Program-made: the position numbers and the translations under genes
Shown here: in pieces, positions 9,367 to 18,255 of the stretch
How the letters are laid out: every line of letters begins with the position of its first letter
Position numbering within the stretch: position 1 is the stretch's first letter
The notes under the pieces: model-generated
Database searches by the model: none
What the model was told of the DNA's origin: nothing
The model's input: only the letters and a program-made list of their open reading frames with translations
Assembly: GCF_002075285.3 (NCBI RefSeq)
Contig: NZ_CP021983.2
Span: forward strand, 4,500,001-4,532,000
Length of the DNA: 32,000 bases
DNA from: Halomicronema hongdechloris C2206
GTDB taxonomy: Bacteria; Cyanobacteriota; Cyanobacteriia; Phormidesmidales; Phormidesmidaceae
Direction: 5' to 3'

Positions 9367-9648
9367 CACAGGATAAAATTTGAACCGCGAGAAGCTGGGG
9401 GATCTAAATTCAAGCGGCGGCAAAGTGTGTTGTGGCGGCAGCCCAACGCACCGGGGGCATATAGCAACCAGGCCTATGCTTATAGGGCGGTTGCGGTTAG
9501 GTAGCTCCCTAGTCTAGGCATGTCAGCGATTCTCAATGTCTTAAGCTACCTGACAAATGCAATATGAAAGGTCTTGGGTGCGTTTGCTGGGCAGCGACAC
9601 CCTCTTAAGCTGACTAGAATAGGGACAATCGTTCCCGAGTCGGTTGCT

Positions 9649-10314
9649 ATGGTTGCTACGCCAAACGAGACTTCTGCGCCTGTGAATCTGCCACCGGGCG
9701 ATCTGTACAGTGAAGAACCCCAGATGGAAACCGACTTGCATGTGCGCCAGATGCTGTTGCTGATTAGCTGTCTGGATTGGCTCTGGCAAGACCGGGACGA
9801 TTTCTTTGCCTCCGGCAATTTGACCATCTATTTCAGCCCCAAGCAGATCAAGTCCCAGGATTTTCGAGGCCCAGATTTTTTTGTGGTGTTGGAAACGGAG
9901 CGAAAATCTCGAAAGAGCTGGGTGGTTTGGGAAGAAGACGGGAAATACCCTAACGTGATCGTTGAACTGTTGTCGGACAGTACCGCCCAGGTAGATCGAG
10001 GCACTAAGAAGGAGATTTACCAAAATACGTTTCGCACCCCTGAGTACTTTTGGTTTGACCCAGACACCTTGGAATTTTGCGGGTTCTTGCTCGTCGGCGG
10101 CGTCTATGAGGCCATAGACTCCAATGCTGTGGGACATCTATGGAGCCGCCAGCTAGGGCTGTACTTGGGCATCCATGATGCTCAGCTAAGGTTCTTTACC
10201 CCTGACGGGGCATTGGTGCCAACCCCTGAGGAAGCTGCTAAAGCCGCCCAGCAACAGGCAGGGCGCCTGGCCGAGAAGCTCCGGGAAATGGGGGTTGATC
10301 CTGATGCGGTCTAG
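9649..10314 (+). CDS. Uma2 family (DUF820) putative endonuclease
   Basis: Family-typical sequence is present: LYSEEPQMETDLHVRQMLLL..GNLTIYFSP..GPDFFVVL..SWVVWEEDGKYPNVIVELLSDST..D...K..IYQNTFRTPEYFWFDP. I prefer the ATG at 9649 to the TTG at 9574 used by the ORF track. Confidence 0.85.
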   Translation: MVATPNETSAPVNLPPGDLYSEEPQMETDLHVRQMLLLISCLDWLWQDRDDFFASGNLTIYFSPKQIKSQDFRGPDFFVVLETERKSRKSWVVWEEDGKYPNVIVELLSDSTAQVDRGTKKEIYQNTFRTPEYFWFDPDTLEFCGFLLVGGVYEAIDSNAVGHLWSRQLGLYLGIHDAQLRFFTPDGALVPTPEEAAKAAQQQAGRLAEKLREMGVDPDAV

Positions 10315-10413
10315 TGGTGTCGCATGGGGTTTGCAATCGGCTCAACAATCTATCCCCTGCTTAAGGAGGAATCACCAAGGGTGATGAATCGCTCGATCTT
10401 TAGCCCCATTCTG

Positions 10414-11810
10414 TTAAACGCTTGCCCGACGCAGACGGCGCCATAGGCCCAGACCACCCAGCCCCAGCATTGCCAAGGCCGTCGAGGGTTCGGGCACCGA
10501 GGCGCCATCGTCTTCGGCCTGCACATCCACCCACACCAGCCGGTGGTCAGAGCTGGGGAAGGGGAAATCGCCCACCAACTCAAACAGGGGGTCATCGGCC
10601 GTGGGCCAGAAGATGCCGGAACCGGTGATCGAGAGGGTCTGGGAGGGCAGGGTATAGTCGACCCGCAGGTTGCCGGGGCCACCGAAGTTTTCTTCGGCAA
10701 AGTCGGCGGTATCGAAGGCGGGATTGCCCTGGTGGGTAAGGTTATTCAGCCCCTGGCGTTGGGTGGCGTCTGGGCCGCCGGCACTGGCAGGGGGATTGGC
10801 GGTGTTGACCAGGGGATTGTTCAGCACCTGCAGGACCGCATTGTCGGTGCTGTCGCCATCGAAGGGATCGGCGTTGAGGTCGCCCATGATCACGAAGTTG
10901 GAGCCTGCCGCCAGGCCGCCGACGTTGCCCTGATCATCGTAAATGTACCCGCCAGCACCGGGGGTGATGTAGTCTGCCCAGAAGCGAATCTCGTCGTGGT
11001 TGCGGCGCCCGTTGCGATCCTCAGGGCCATCGAAGACCGGGGGGGTGGGATGGCTGGCCAAGACATGAATGATATCATCGCCGATTTGGATGGGCACGTC
11101 CCAGTGGCTCTTGGAGGAGAGACGAAAGGCCGCTAATTCTTCTGGAGAGTACCAGTCATTGGGCTCGGGGGTATTGGGATCGTCAGGCAGTAGGGCGTTG
11201 GGCATGTCCTGCCAGAGGAAGGTCTGGCAGGTACGGATGTCCGGGGTGAGGATGGGATGCTTGGAATACAAGGCCATGCCAAACTGGCCGGGGAAGTTGC
11301 CGAAGCCGAAGGCGTCGTTGCCATAGCCGGGCTCACCCGGGGTGGTGACGATGCTGCCGTTGTTGTCTAGGTCGAAGCCGGAGGCAATGCCGGTGTTGGA
11401 GGGAGCGATATAGACGAAGGGATAGCCTACGGGGTCGACGCCGTTTTGGCTAACCCCCAGGTAGTTGCTCTGGAACGACTGTGCCGCCTGGGCACCGACG
11501 TCGAAGTCGAATTCGTTGATCAACACAACGTCTGGATTGACCCGTTGAATGATCTCGGCGATGGTTTGGGCCTGGGCATTATTAGGAGTGGATGTAGGTC
11601 GCTAATCAGTTGACCTTGGGCATCGCGGTTGAGGGAGGCATTGAAGGAGGCAAAGCGGAGGCTGGCGGCTGGGGCCGGCTGAGGTGCGATCGCAACTAGG
11701 GTGGCAGCGACGATGCCCCCCGGCAGCGCCAGGTTCCGCTGATTGGATAGGGACGATTTGCTGCCTGGTAGGGACGGCAATTGCACTGGGCATAATCCCC
11801 CCCTCCTCAT
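10414..11810 (-). pseudogene. endonuclease/exonuclease/phosphatase (EEP) family protein with a C-terminal PEP-CTERM sorting signal, split by one frameshift
   Basis: The C-terminus VPEPSTALAMLGLGGLGLWRRLRR is a PEP-CTERM anchor. The body has EEP-like motifs (VVLINEFDFD, VLASHPTPP, IMGDLNADP, SSDHRLVWVD). The N-terminal part (11520-11810 ORF, ..ASLRFASFNASLNRDAQGQLISD) is in another frame. The two frames join cleanly as ISD-L-TSTPNNAQAQTIAEIIQRVNPDVVLINEF if one nucleotide is restored near 11597-11600. Confidence 0.75.
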
Positions 11811-12142
11811 GCTGCAGAGCTATCGATACTACTGTTGTAGCGTTGAATGTTGCTTCGGGGGATAACTCGCTGGCGATCTTGACAGGGCTAACCTCTCGTC
11901 GCTTGACAGGAAGCCAACTCCCCTGCGGCAGGACGGAGGAAATAGGGAAACTGCGGGAAGCGTTGTGGCGGTGGCTATACAATGGCAAAGACATGGCGAA
12001 TGTGACACCGATGCGATCGCAACGGCGATGACGGATCCCCAGGACTCTGCCAAATCATCTGGTCCCTCCCTGACAGGGCGGGTGAAGAACCTGTGGCGCC
12101 GCACCACCGGTGGGGCTGCGGGCGGCCTTGCCTTGGGAGCAA

Positions 12143-13312
12143 ATGGGCCAGGCGGTGCTGGGGTGGTTCAATATCAGCGATGAGCGGGTGGCCGAGATTT
12201 TAGCGGCAGTGCGGGACGAATTGCCGGTTACGGAGGCGCTGCTGATCGGCAAACCCCAGTCTGGCAAGAGTTCCCTGGTGCGGGGGTTGACCGGGGTATC
12301 GGCAGCCATCGTCGGCCAGGGCTTTCGCCCCCATACCCAACACACGGAACGCTATGCCTATCCCTCGGAAGAACTGCCCCTGCTGATTTTCACCGACACC
12401 GTGGGGCTGGGAGAAGCCCATCAGGATATGCAGGCCCTGATTCAAGAGTTAATCGACGATCTGCGGTGGTCCCAGCAACAGGCCCACATCCTGATTCTCA
12501 CCGTCAAGGGGACCGACTTCGCCGTCGATACCCTGCTGCAGCTGGTCAGCCAGATCAAGCAAGCCTATCCCCGGCTGCCCTGCCTGCTGACCATTACCTG
12601 TCTCCACGAGCTGTATCCCCCTGAGGTGGCCGATCATCCCGACTATCCCCCCCAGTTTGAGCCCCTGCAGCGGGCCAGTGAGACCTTGCGCCAAGAGTTC
12701 CAAGGGATATGCGATCGCACCGTGCTGATCGACTTCACCCTAGAGGAAGACGGCTACACCCCAGTGTTCTACGGCCTAGAAGCCTTACGAGACACCCTGG
12801 CCGATCTGCTGCCCGAGGCCGAAGCCCGAGCCATCTACCAGCTGTTGGAAGCACAGGACAGTGCCGCCGAGCAATTGGGTAACCTCTACCGTCGCACCAG
12901 TCGCCGTTACATCTCCACCTTCGCCATCATGGCCGCCACCCTGGCCGCAGTGCCCCTGCCCTTTGCCACCATGCCAGTGTTAACGGCCCTGCAGGTGTCC
13001 ATGGTGGGGCTCTTGGGCAAACTCTACGGCCAAACCCTGAGCCCGTCCCAAGCCGGCGGGGTGATCAGCGCCATCGCCGGCGGGTTCTTGGCCCAGGTGA
13101 TTGGGCGCGAGTTGATCAAATTTATTCCAGTCTTTGGAAGTGTTGTCGCCGCCTCCTGGGCCGCTGCCTACACCTGGGCTCTAGGGAAGGGGCCTGTGTC
13201 TACTTCGGTGACCTCATGGGGGGAAAAAAAGCCCGATCCCCAGCGCATTCAAGCGGTGATGCAAGATGCCTTCGAGGCTGCCAAGCAACGCTTCCGGCGA
13301 CAGGATCCATGA
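12143..13312 (+). CDS. GTPase domain protein fused to a C-terminal DUF697 membrane domain (YcjF-like)
   Basis: The P-loop GKPQSGKSSLVRGLTG and the G3 motif FTDTVGLGE are readable. The C-terminal hydrophobic segment FAIMAATLAAVPLPFATMPVLTALQVSMVGLLGKLYG is typical of DUF697. The start is set at the ATG at 12143, which is preceded by GGGAG. The GTG at 12110 or a longer frame-broken N-terminus from 12028 are alternatives. Confidence 0.8.
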   Translation: MGQAVLGWFNISDERVAEILAAVRDELPVTEALLIGKPQSGKSSLVRGLTGVSAAIVGQGFRPHTQHTERYAYPSEELPLLIFTDTVGLGEAHQDMQALIQELIDDLRWSQQQAHILILTVKGTDFAVDTLLQLVSQIKQAYPRLPCLLTITCLHELYPPEVADHPDYPPQFEPLQRASETLRQEFQGICDRTVLIDFTLEEDGYTPVFYGLEALRDTLADLLPEAEARAIYQLLEAQDSAAEQLGNLYRRTSRRYISTFAIMAATLAAVPLPFATMPVLTALQVSMVGLLGKLYGQTLSPSQAGGVISAIAGGFLAQVIGRELIKFIPVFGSVVAASWAAAYTWALGKGPVSTSVTSWGEKKPDPQRIQAVMQDAFEAAKQRFRRQDP

Positions 13313-13343
13313 GCGGGCCGGGGGCCAATGCCATGGGCAGAGG

Positions 13344-16178
13344 CTAGCGCTCTAGCAATTCTCGGAACCAGGGATCCTCCCAGAGGTCGTCGAAGGCGGC
13401 TTCACTGCGGGCGTCTTCTCGGTAATTGGGGTCTAAGCGCACGGCCTGTTGTAGATTTTCCAGGGCCAGGTCAAACTCTCGCTGCAGGCCATAGCAGACG
13501 GCTTTGTTGTAGTAGGTCTGGGCATAGTCGGGGGCCAGTTCCAGGGCCTTGTCGAAACTCTTGAGGGCCTCGGGATCCCGGCCGAGTTTCATCAGCACAT
13601 AGCCACGGTTATCCCAGGCCTTGGGGGTGTTGGGGTTGAAGCGAGTGGCCTTGTCAAAGGAGGTCAGGGCATCATCGTAGCGCTCTAGTTCAATCAGGGC
13701 CAGACCGCGATTCAGCCAGGCCACGGCGTCGTTAGCCTGAATCTCGACGGCTCGGTCAAACGATTTGAAGGCCTCTTCATGCTGTTGCAGGATGCCGTAG
13801 GCTACGCCCCGGTTCACCCAGGCTTCATGGTATTCGGGGGTGATCTTTAGGGCCCGATCGAAGGCGGCAATGGCTTCCTGCCGTTGTTGCAGCCGGCTGA
13901 GCACCATGCCCCGATTTAGCCAGGCTTTAGCATCTTCCGGTTGCTGCTCAATCACCCGGTCAAAGGCGGTCAGGGCCTCGTCAAAGCGACGCAACTCTCG
14001 GAGCACGAGTCCCCGTTGATACCAAGCCCCGGTGTCTTCTGGGTGTTGTTCGGTGACTCGCTCCAGGGCCGTCAGGGCCTCCTCGTAGCGATCGAGTTCG
14101 ATCAGGGCCAGGGCCCTATTGCGCCAAACTTCGGCGTTGCTGGGCTGGATCTCTAGGGCCTGGTCGTAGGCCGCGACGGCGTCGGCGTACTGGGTGTCGG
14201 CCAATAGGCGATTGCCCGACTGAATATAGTCTGCGGCGGTGCGGAAGAGCTGCGGGCGGTTGGTTTGTAGCCGTTGCAGCAGATCGGTGAGGGTATCGAG
14301 CCGTTGCTGGGCCTCACTGATGAAGGAGTCGGCCACATACTGGGGGCTGACCTCCCCCAGCTGCCGCATGATGTCGTCTTTCTGCTGCTGGGCTTCGTCC
14401 TGCAGGGTCTCCAGGCGCTGTTGGAAGCTGGCTTCCAGGGTAGAGAGGGTCTCCAGGGTGGAGCCACGACCCGCTGCAATATCCTGCTGCAGTTGCTCGA
14501 TCTGGCGGTCTAGGTCGGCTTCGAGTTGCTCGAGGCGCTGGCGCAGGGTCACTTGGCGAGCCTCGGCGTCGCTGGAGAGGGCTTCGAGTTGGTCCCCCAG
14601 GCGGCGGTCGAAGGTGTCCAGTTTGTCCAGGACCCGATCGCGGCGGTCGAAGACGACACTGCGAATCTGGCTCAGTTGGTCGGTGAACTCGCTCTCTAGG
14701 GCTTGAAGCCGCTCTAGGGCCTGGTCCTGCTCGCCTTGGACGCTGTCTTTGAGCCCGGCCAATTGCTGGGTGAGGGTCTCGACGGAAGTCTGCAGGTCTT
14801 GCAGCAGGGTAGCCCGTTCGGCGTCGAGGCCATCCTGCAAGTGTTGCAGCTGCTCTCGGAAGCGGTCGGCGGTCTGCTGCAGGTCGGCAAAGGCGGAGGC
14901 CTGCCGCTGGTCTACCTGCCGTTGTCGTTGCTCAAACTGACTGAGGAAGTCGTCGGCACTACTCTGAAGTTGCTGCAGTAGGGCTTCTTTGCGGGCGTCA
15001 ATATCGCCCTTGAGGCCACTAAATTGGGCCAGGAAGGTGTCTGCGGCCTGGTTCAGGTCACCCAGAATCCGCTCGTTTTGGCCTTGGATGTTCTGCTTGA
15101 GTTGGCTGAACTCGGCCTCGAAGGACTGGCTGGCCCGTTCGATGTTTTGCAGGGCTAACTCTTTGTGGCCAAAGACGCTGGCCTGTACTTCCGAGAGGGT
15201 CTGGCGGATGTCTTGGGCCTGTTGATTAAGGGTGTCGAGGATGCCGTCGGTCTGGCCTTGGATGCGTTGTTGGGCGTCGGCCTTGAGGCGATCCAGGTGG
15301 GGGGTGAGTTGATCGCCGAGGGATGCCAGGGCGGTGAAGGTGCGATCGCATTCCCCCTCGGCCCGATGCTGGAGGCCCTCTAGGCGTTGATTGAACTCAT
15401 CGCTGGTGGTCTGCAACCGCTGCAGCACCTCTTGCTGGCGGGTTTGCAGGGTCTCTTGGTGTTGGTTGAAGGTCTGGCTGGCCTCGGCTTCACCCTGCTG
15501 CAGGTGCTGTAGCATCTCCACCTGACGCTGTTGAGCCGTCTCTTCCAGGTGGGCCAGCTTATCCTCGGCGGTGGACCTGAGGCCGGTGAGTTGGCCGACG
15601 AAATCGGTCTCCAGGGATTCTAGCCTCACCTGCAGGTCACTGACTTGCTGCTGCCAGTCTTCCAGGGTCTTGGCCTTGAAGGCGGCCAGGTCGTCCACCA
15701 GTTGCCCCAGCACCTGCCGCTTGGCTTTGGCATCTTGCTGAAAGCCGTCGGTGCGGCTTTCGAGTTCATCGGCCAGGTCTTCGGCATCCTTGAGGATGTG
15801 ATCCAGCTCCCGGGTGGCATTGCGGATTTTATCTTCTAGGTCGGTGATTTCATTGATTTGCGATCGCACCACCTTGGCGACTTCCTGCACCACCGAACGC
15901 CGTAGCAACCAGAGAGATGCCAACCCTACTCCGATTAGCAACACCAAGGTGGTCAGCAGAATGACAAACAGCGTAGTGGCCCGGCTGAAGGCCACATTAG
16001 CCTCTCGTTGCAGCTGCTCAATTTCTTCGGTGGTTGGCGTCTGAGCCACCAAGGCTGGCACCGGTGCTTGGGCCTGTACCGCCTCGCCGCTCAACAGCAT
16101 CAGAGCCAACACTAGGGTGCTGCGGGATAGGACTGAAACGGAAGTCGTCTGTGCGTGCCTCATTACACCGTTACCCAT
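13344..16178 (-). CDS. membrane-anchored coiled-coil repeat protein with eight C-terminal TPR repeats
   Basis: 944-aa ORF. It has an N-terminal signal-like segment and a hydrophobic helix (TLFVILLTTLVLLIGVGLASLWLL). About 550 aa of Q/E/L-rich heptad-like sequence follows, including exact 29-residue units. Eight in-phase 34-aa TPRs follow (A.AW.NRG..L..L.R..EA...FD.A....P.) across aa 648-919. Confidence 0.88.
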   Translation of the reverse strand: MGNGVMRHAQTTSVSVLSRSTLVLALMLLSGEAVQAQAPVPALVAQTPTTEEIEQLQREANVAFSRATTLFVILLTTLVLLIGVGLASLWLLRRSVVQEVAKVVRSQINEITDLEDKIRNATRELDHILKDAEDLADELESRTDGFQQDAKAKRQVLGQLVDDLAAFKAKTLEDWQQQVSDLQVRLESLETDFVGQLTGLRSTAEDKLAHLEETAQQRQVEMLQHLQQGEAEASQTFNQHQETLQTRQQEVLQRLQTTSDEFNQRLEGLQHRAEGECDRTFTALASLGDQLTPHLDRLKADAQQRIQGQTDGILDTLNQQAQDIRQTLSEVQASVFGHKELALQNIERASQSFEAEFSQLKQNIQGQNERILGDLNQAADTFLAQFSGLKGDIDARKEALLQQLQSSADDFLSQFEQRQRQVDQRQASAFADLQQTADRFREQLQHLQDGLDAERATLLQDLQTSVETLTQQLAGLKDSVQGEQDQALERLQALESEFTDQLSQIRSVVFDRRDRVLDKLDTFDRRLGDQLEALSSDAEARQVTLRQRLEQLEADLDRQIEQLQQDIAAGRGSTLETLSTLEASFQQRLETLQDEAQQQKDDIMRQLGEVSPQYVADSFISEAQQRLDTLTDLLQRLQTNRPQLFRTAADYIQSGNRLLADTQYADAVAAYDQALEIQPSNAEVWRNRALALIELDRYEEALTALERVTEQHPEDTGAWYQRGLVLRELRRFDEALTAFDRVIEQQPEDAKAWLNRGMVLSRLQQRQEAIAAFDRALKITPEYHEAWVNRGVAYGILQQHEEAFKSFDRAVEIQANDAVAWLNRGLALIELERYDDALTSFDKATRFNPNTPKAWDNRGYVLMKLGRDPEALKSFDKALELAPDYAQTYYNKAVCYGLQREFDLALENLQQAVRLDPNYREDARSEAAFDDLWEDPWFRELLER

Positions 16179-16474
16179 CTGCCGGAAATCCGTAATGCCT
16201 GTGCTGAGCAGTGACCCAGAATACGCCTAGGATAACTCGATAGCCACCGCTATAAACTCCTGGTGCCGAGTCTACCCTCATCCCTTAATCAGTATTGGTG
16301 CTCAGTTAACACTGAGCTCACCCACGGTAGTGAATTCTGCCGCTCCCTGGCAACAATTTTGTTAACCTTCTCCTAGGGGTTTTTCCAGAAACGCGTATCT
16401 CTAAACTTCCCAGCTCAGCCCACTATTTTTCCGCTGCCGCTGATACCCACGCTTAAATTAAAGCGATAAACCCC

Positions 16475-16522
16475 GCCCCCCGGTAAACACGCCCCCCGGT
16501 AAACACGCCCCCCGGTAAACAT
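16475..16522. repeat. three tandem copies of a 16-bp unit, GCCCCCCGGTAAACAC
   Basis: Copies lie at 16475-16490, 16491-16506 and 16507-16522. The last base of the third copy differs. The array lies about 95 bp upstream of the ATG at 16617. Confidence 0.95.
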
Positions 16523-16616
16523 AGGTCTTTATCCAAGAGAGTTGGTATTGGCCCCTCCCATTCGAGCATCTCTAGCCTGCTTGCCTGCGATCGCCAGTTG
16601 CCCATCTTGAGTATCC

Positions 16617-18164
16617 ATGTCCGACGCCCCGGTTACCATCGCCCAGCATTATCATGAACGTACTAAATATGACCCGGAGACCCTGGCCAGCAAGGCCAAG
16701 GGGTTAGATTTTTCCCAGCAACCCCTGCCCTTCAAAACTTACAAGCTAGGCAGCGAAATTGACCTCAAGCCCTATTTGGAGGGACCGTCTGATGCCGTCG
16801 AAGCTCCTGCCGAAACCCTCTGGTGGAGTCGCCTATCACGATTCTTGATCAATAGCTATGGCTTAACTGCCAAGGTGATGACCGTCAACGGTAGCCTCTT
16901 TTATCTGCGGGCAGCTCCCTCGGCTGGGGGGTTGTATCCAGCCGAGATCTATTTGATCTCTCGGGGCACCTCCCTACTGCCAGCAGGACTCTACAACTAT
17001 CAAGTCCGCACCCACAGCCTTTGGCGATTTTGGGACGATCATCCCTGGCAATCCCTACAGGAAGCCTGTTTTTGGCACCCCGCCCTAGAATCCACTCAAC
17101 TGGCCCTAGTCATCACCGCCGTATTTTACCGCTCCGCCTGGCGCTACCAAGACCGGGCCTACCGCCGCATTTACCTAGATAGTGGCCACCTGATTGGTAA
17201 TCTGGAGCTGGCTGGTACCTTCACCGACTATCGCCCCCACTTAATTGGCGGCTTTGCCGATGAAGCCGTCAATAATTTGTTGTACCTAGACGCCGATCAA
17301 GAGGGAGCCGTGGCCATAGCTGCCCTGGCTGACTTGTTGCAGGTAGGGCAAAACCTGCCGCGCTATGGCACCGTGCTACCAACCCCATCCTACACAGAGT
17401 ATCCCACCTTACCCGATGGCGACCTCTTGCCCTATCTTCATCGAGCGACTCAGCTCCCGCTCACAGCCAGTGATGTCCGCTGGTCTAATGCTGACGCCTC
17501 TAGCTCCGACCAAGCAGATACCCTGGAAGACAAGTACAACTTCCCCTTTTGCCTCAAGATCAAGCTCAACACTGCCCCCGTTGACTGGGGCGAGAACCTA
17601 GAAGAACTAGAGCCCACGATACTGCAACGTCGTTCCACCCGGCGCTTCAGTGGGGCCGATCTCACCCTAGAAGAACTCAAGGCCCTACTGGACTTCGCCT
17701 ATCAACCCCACCACTATCACGATCAAGGCTTTGATAGCGCCCCTGACTACTTCGATCTCAGCTTGATCCAAACCTTTATTGCCGTGTCGGGAATTACCGG
17801 CCTAGATGAAGGCTGCTACTACTACGCCCCGCACACCCAAGAACTGCGGCAGATTCGCTTCAAAAACTTTCGCAAAGAGCTGCACTACCTATGCCTCGGC
17901 CAGGATTTAGGACGCGATGCCAGTGCTGTCCTGTTTCACACGGCTGACTTAAAGGCTGCCATTGCCCAATATGGGGATCGGGTGTATCGCTACTTGCATC
18001 TAGACGCCGGTCACCTAGGCCAGCGCTTAAATCTAGCTGCTGTCCGACTGCAGCTGGGAGTGAGCGGCATCGGCGGCTTCTTCGATGACCAGGTGAATGA
18101 AGTCTTGGGGATTCCCATCGACGAAGCAGTCCTCTATATCACCACCCTAGGGCGGCCTGCCTAA
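16617..18164 (+). CDS. SagB/ThcOx family dehydrogenase, tandem nitroreductase-like domains
   Basis: 515-aa ORF. The N-terminal YHERTKY motif and [16 protein letters not shown] are typical of SagB-type dehydrogenases. The second half (RRSTRRF.., [19 protein letters not shown]) is a second nitroreductase-fold domain. Confidence 0.8.
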   Translation: MSDAPVTIAQHYHERTKYDPETLASKAKGLDFSQQPLPFKTYKLGSEIDLKPYLEGPSDAVEAPAETLWWSRLSRFLINSYGLTAKVMTVNGSLFYLRAAPSAGGLYPAEIYLISRGTSLLPAGLYNYQVRTHSLWRFWDDHPWQSLQEACFWHPALESTQLALVITAVFYRSAWRYQDRAYRRIYLDSGHLIGNLELAGTFTDYRPHLIGGFADEAVNNLLYLDADQEGAVAIAALADLLQVGQNLPRYGTVLPTPSYTEYPTLPDGDLLPYLHRATQLPLTASDVRWSNADASSSDQADTLEDKYNFPFCLKIKLNTAPVDWGENLEELEPTILQRRSTRRFSGADLTLEELKALLDFAYQPHHYHDQGFDSAPDYFDLSLIQTFIAVSGITGLDEGCYYYAPHTQELRQIRFKNFRKELHYLCLGQDLGRDASAVLFHTADLKAAIAQYGDRVYRYLHLDAGHLGQRLNLAAVRLQLGVSGIGGFFDDQVNEVLGIPIDEAVLYITTLGRPA

Positions 18165-18255
18165 GCATGAAGGGGAATTCTCTGCCAGCGGGTCCCTGCC
18201 TCCCCGTTGGCACTGTAATCTGGATCAAGCATGTCTCATCTCCTGCCGCAGCATT

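Noticed and set aside
9541-10137. A 198-aa minus-strand ORF and the 9546-9827 ORF lie antisense to the Uma2 gene.
   Set aside because: They show no motif, whereas the plus strand carries clear Uma2-family sequence.
13941-16044. Many plus-strand ORFs (for example 14239-14706, 14736-14981, 14989-15225, 15645-15839) lie antisense to the coiled-coil/TPR gene.
   Set aside because: Their products are low-complexity S/R/C/W-rich or L/G-rich strings. These are typical of the antisense of Q/E/L-rich repeats. The 944-aa minus-strand frame has clear TPR and coiled-coil structure.
16179-16616. A search for a RiPP precursor peptide ORF next to the SagB-like gene.
   Set aside because: Only 11-36 codon ORFs without RBS or leader/core features are present. 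One is merely a translation of the 16-bp repeats. No YcaO or cyclodehydratase is nearby.
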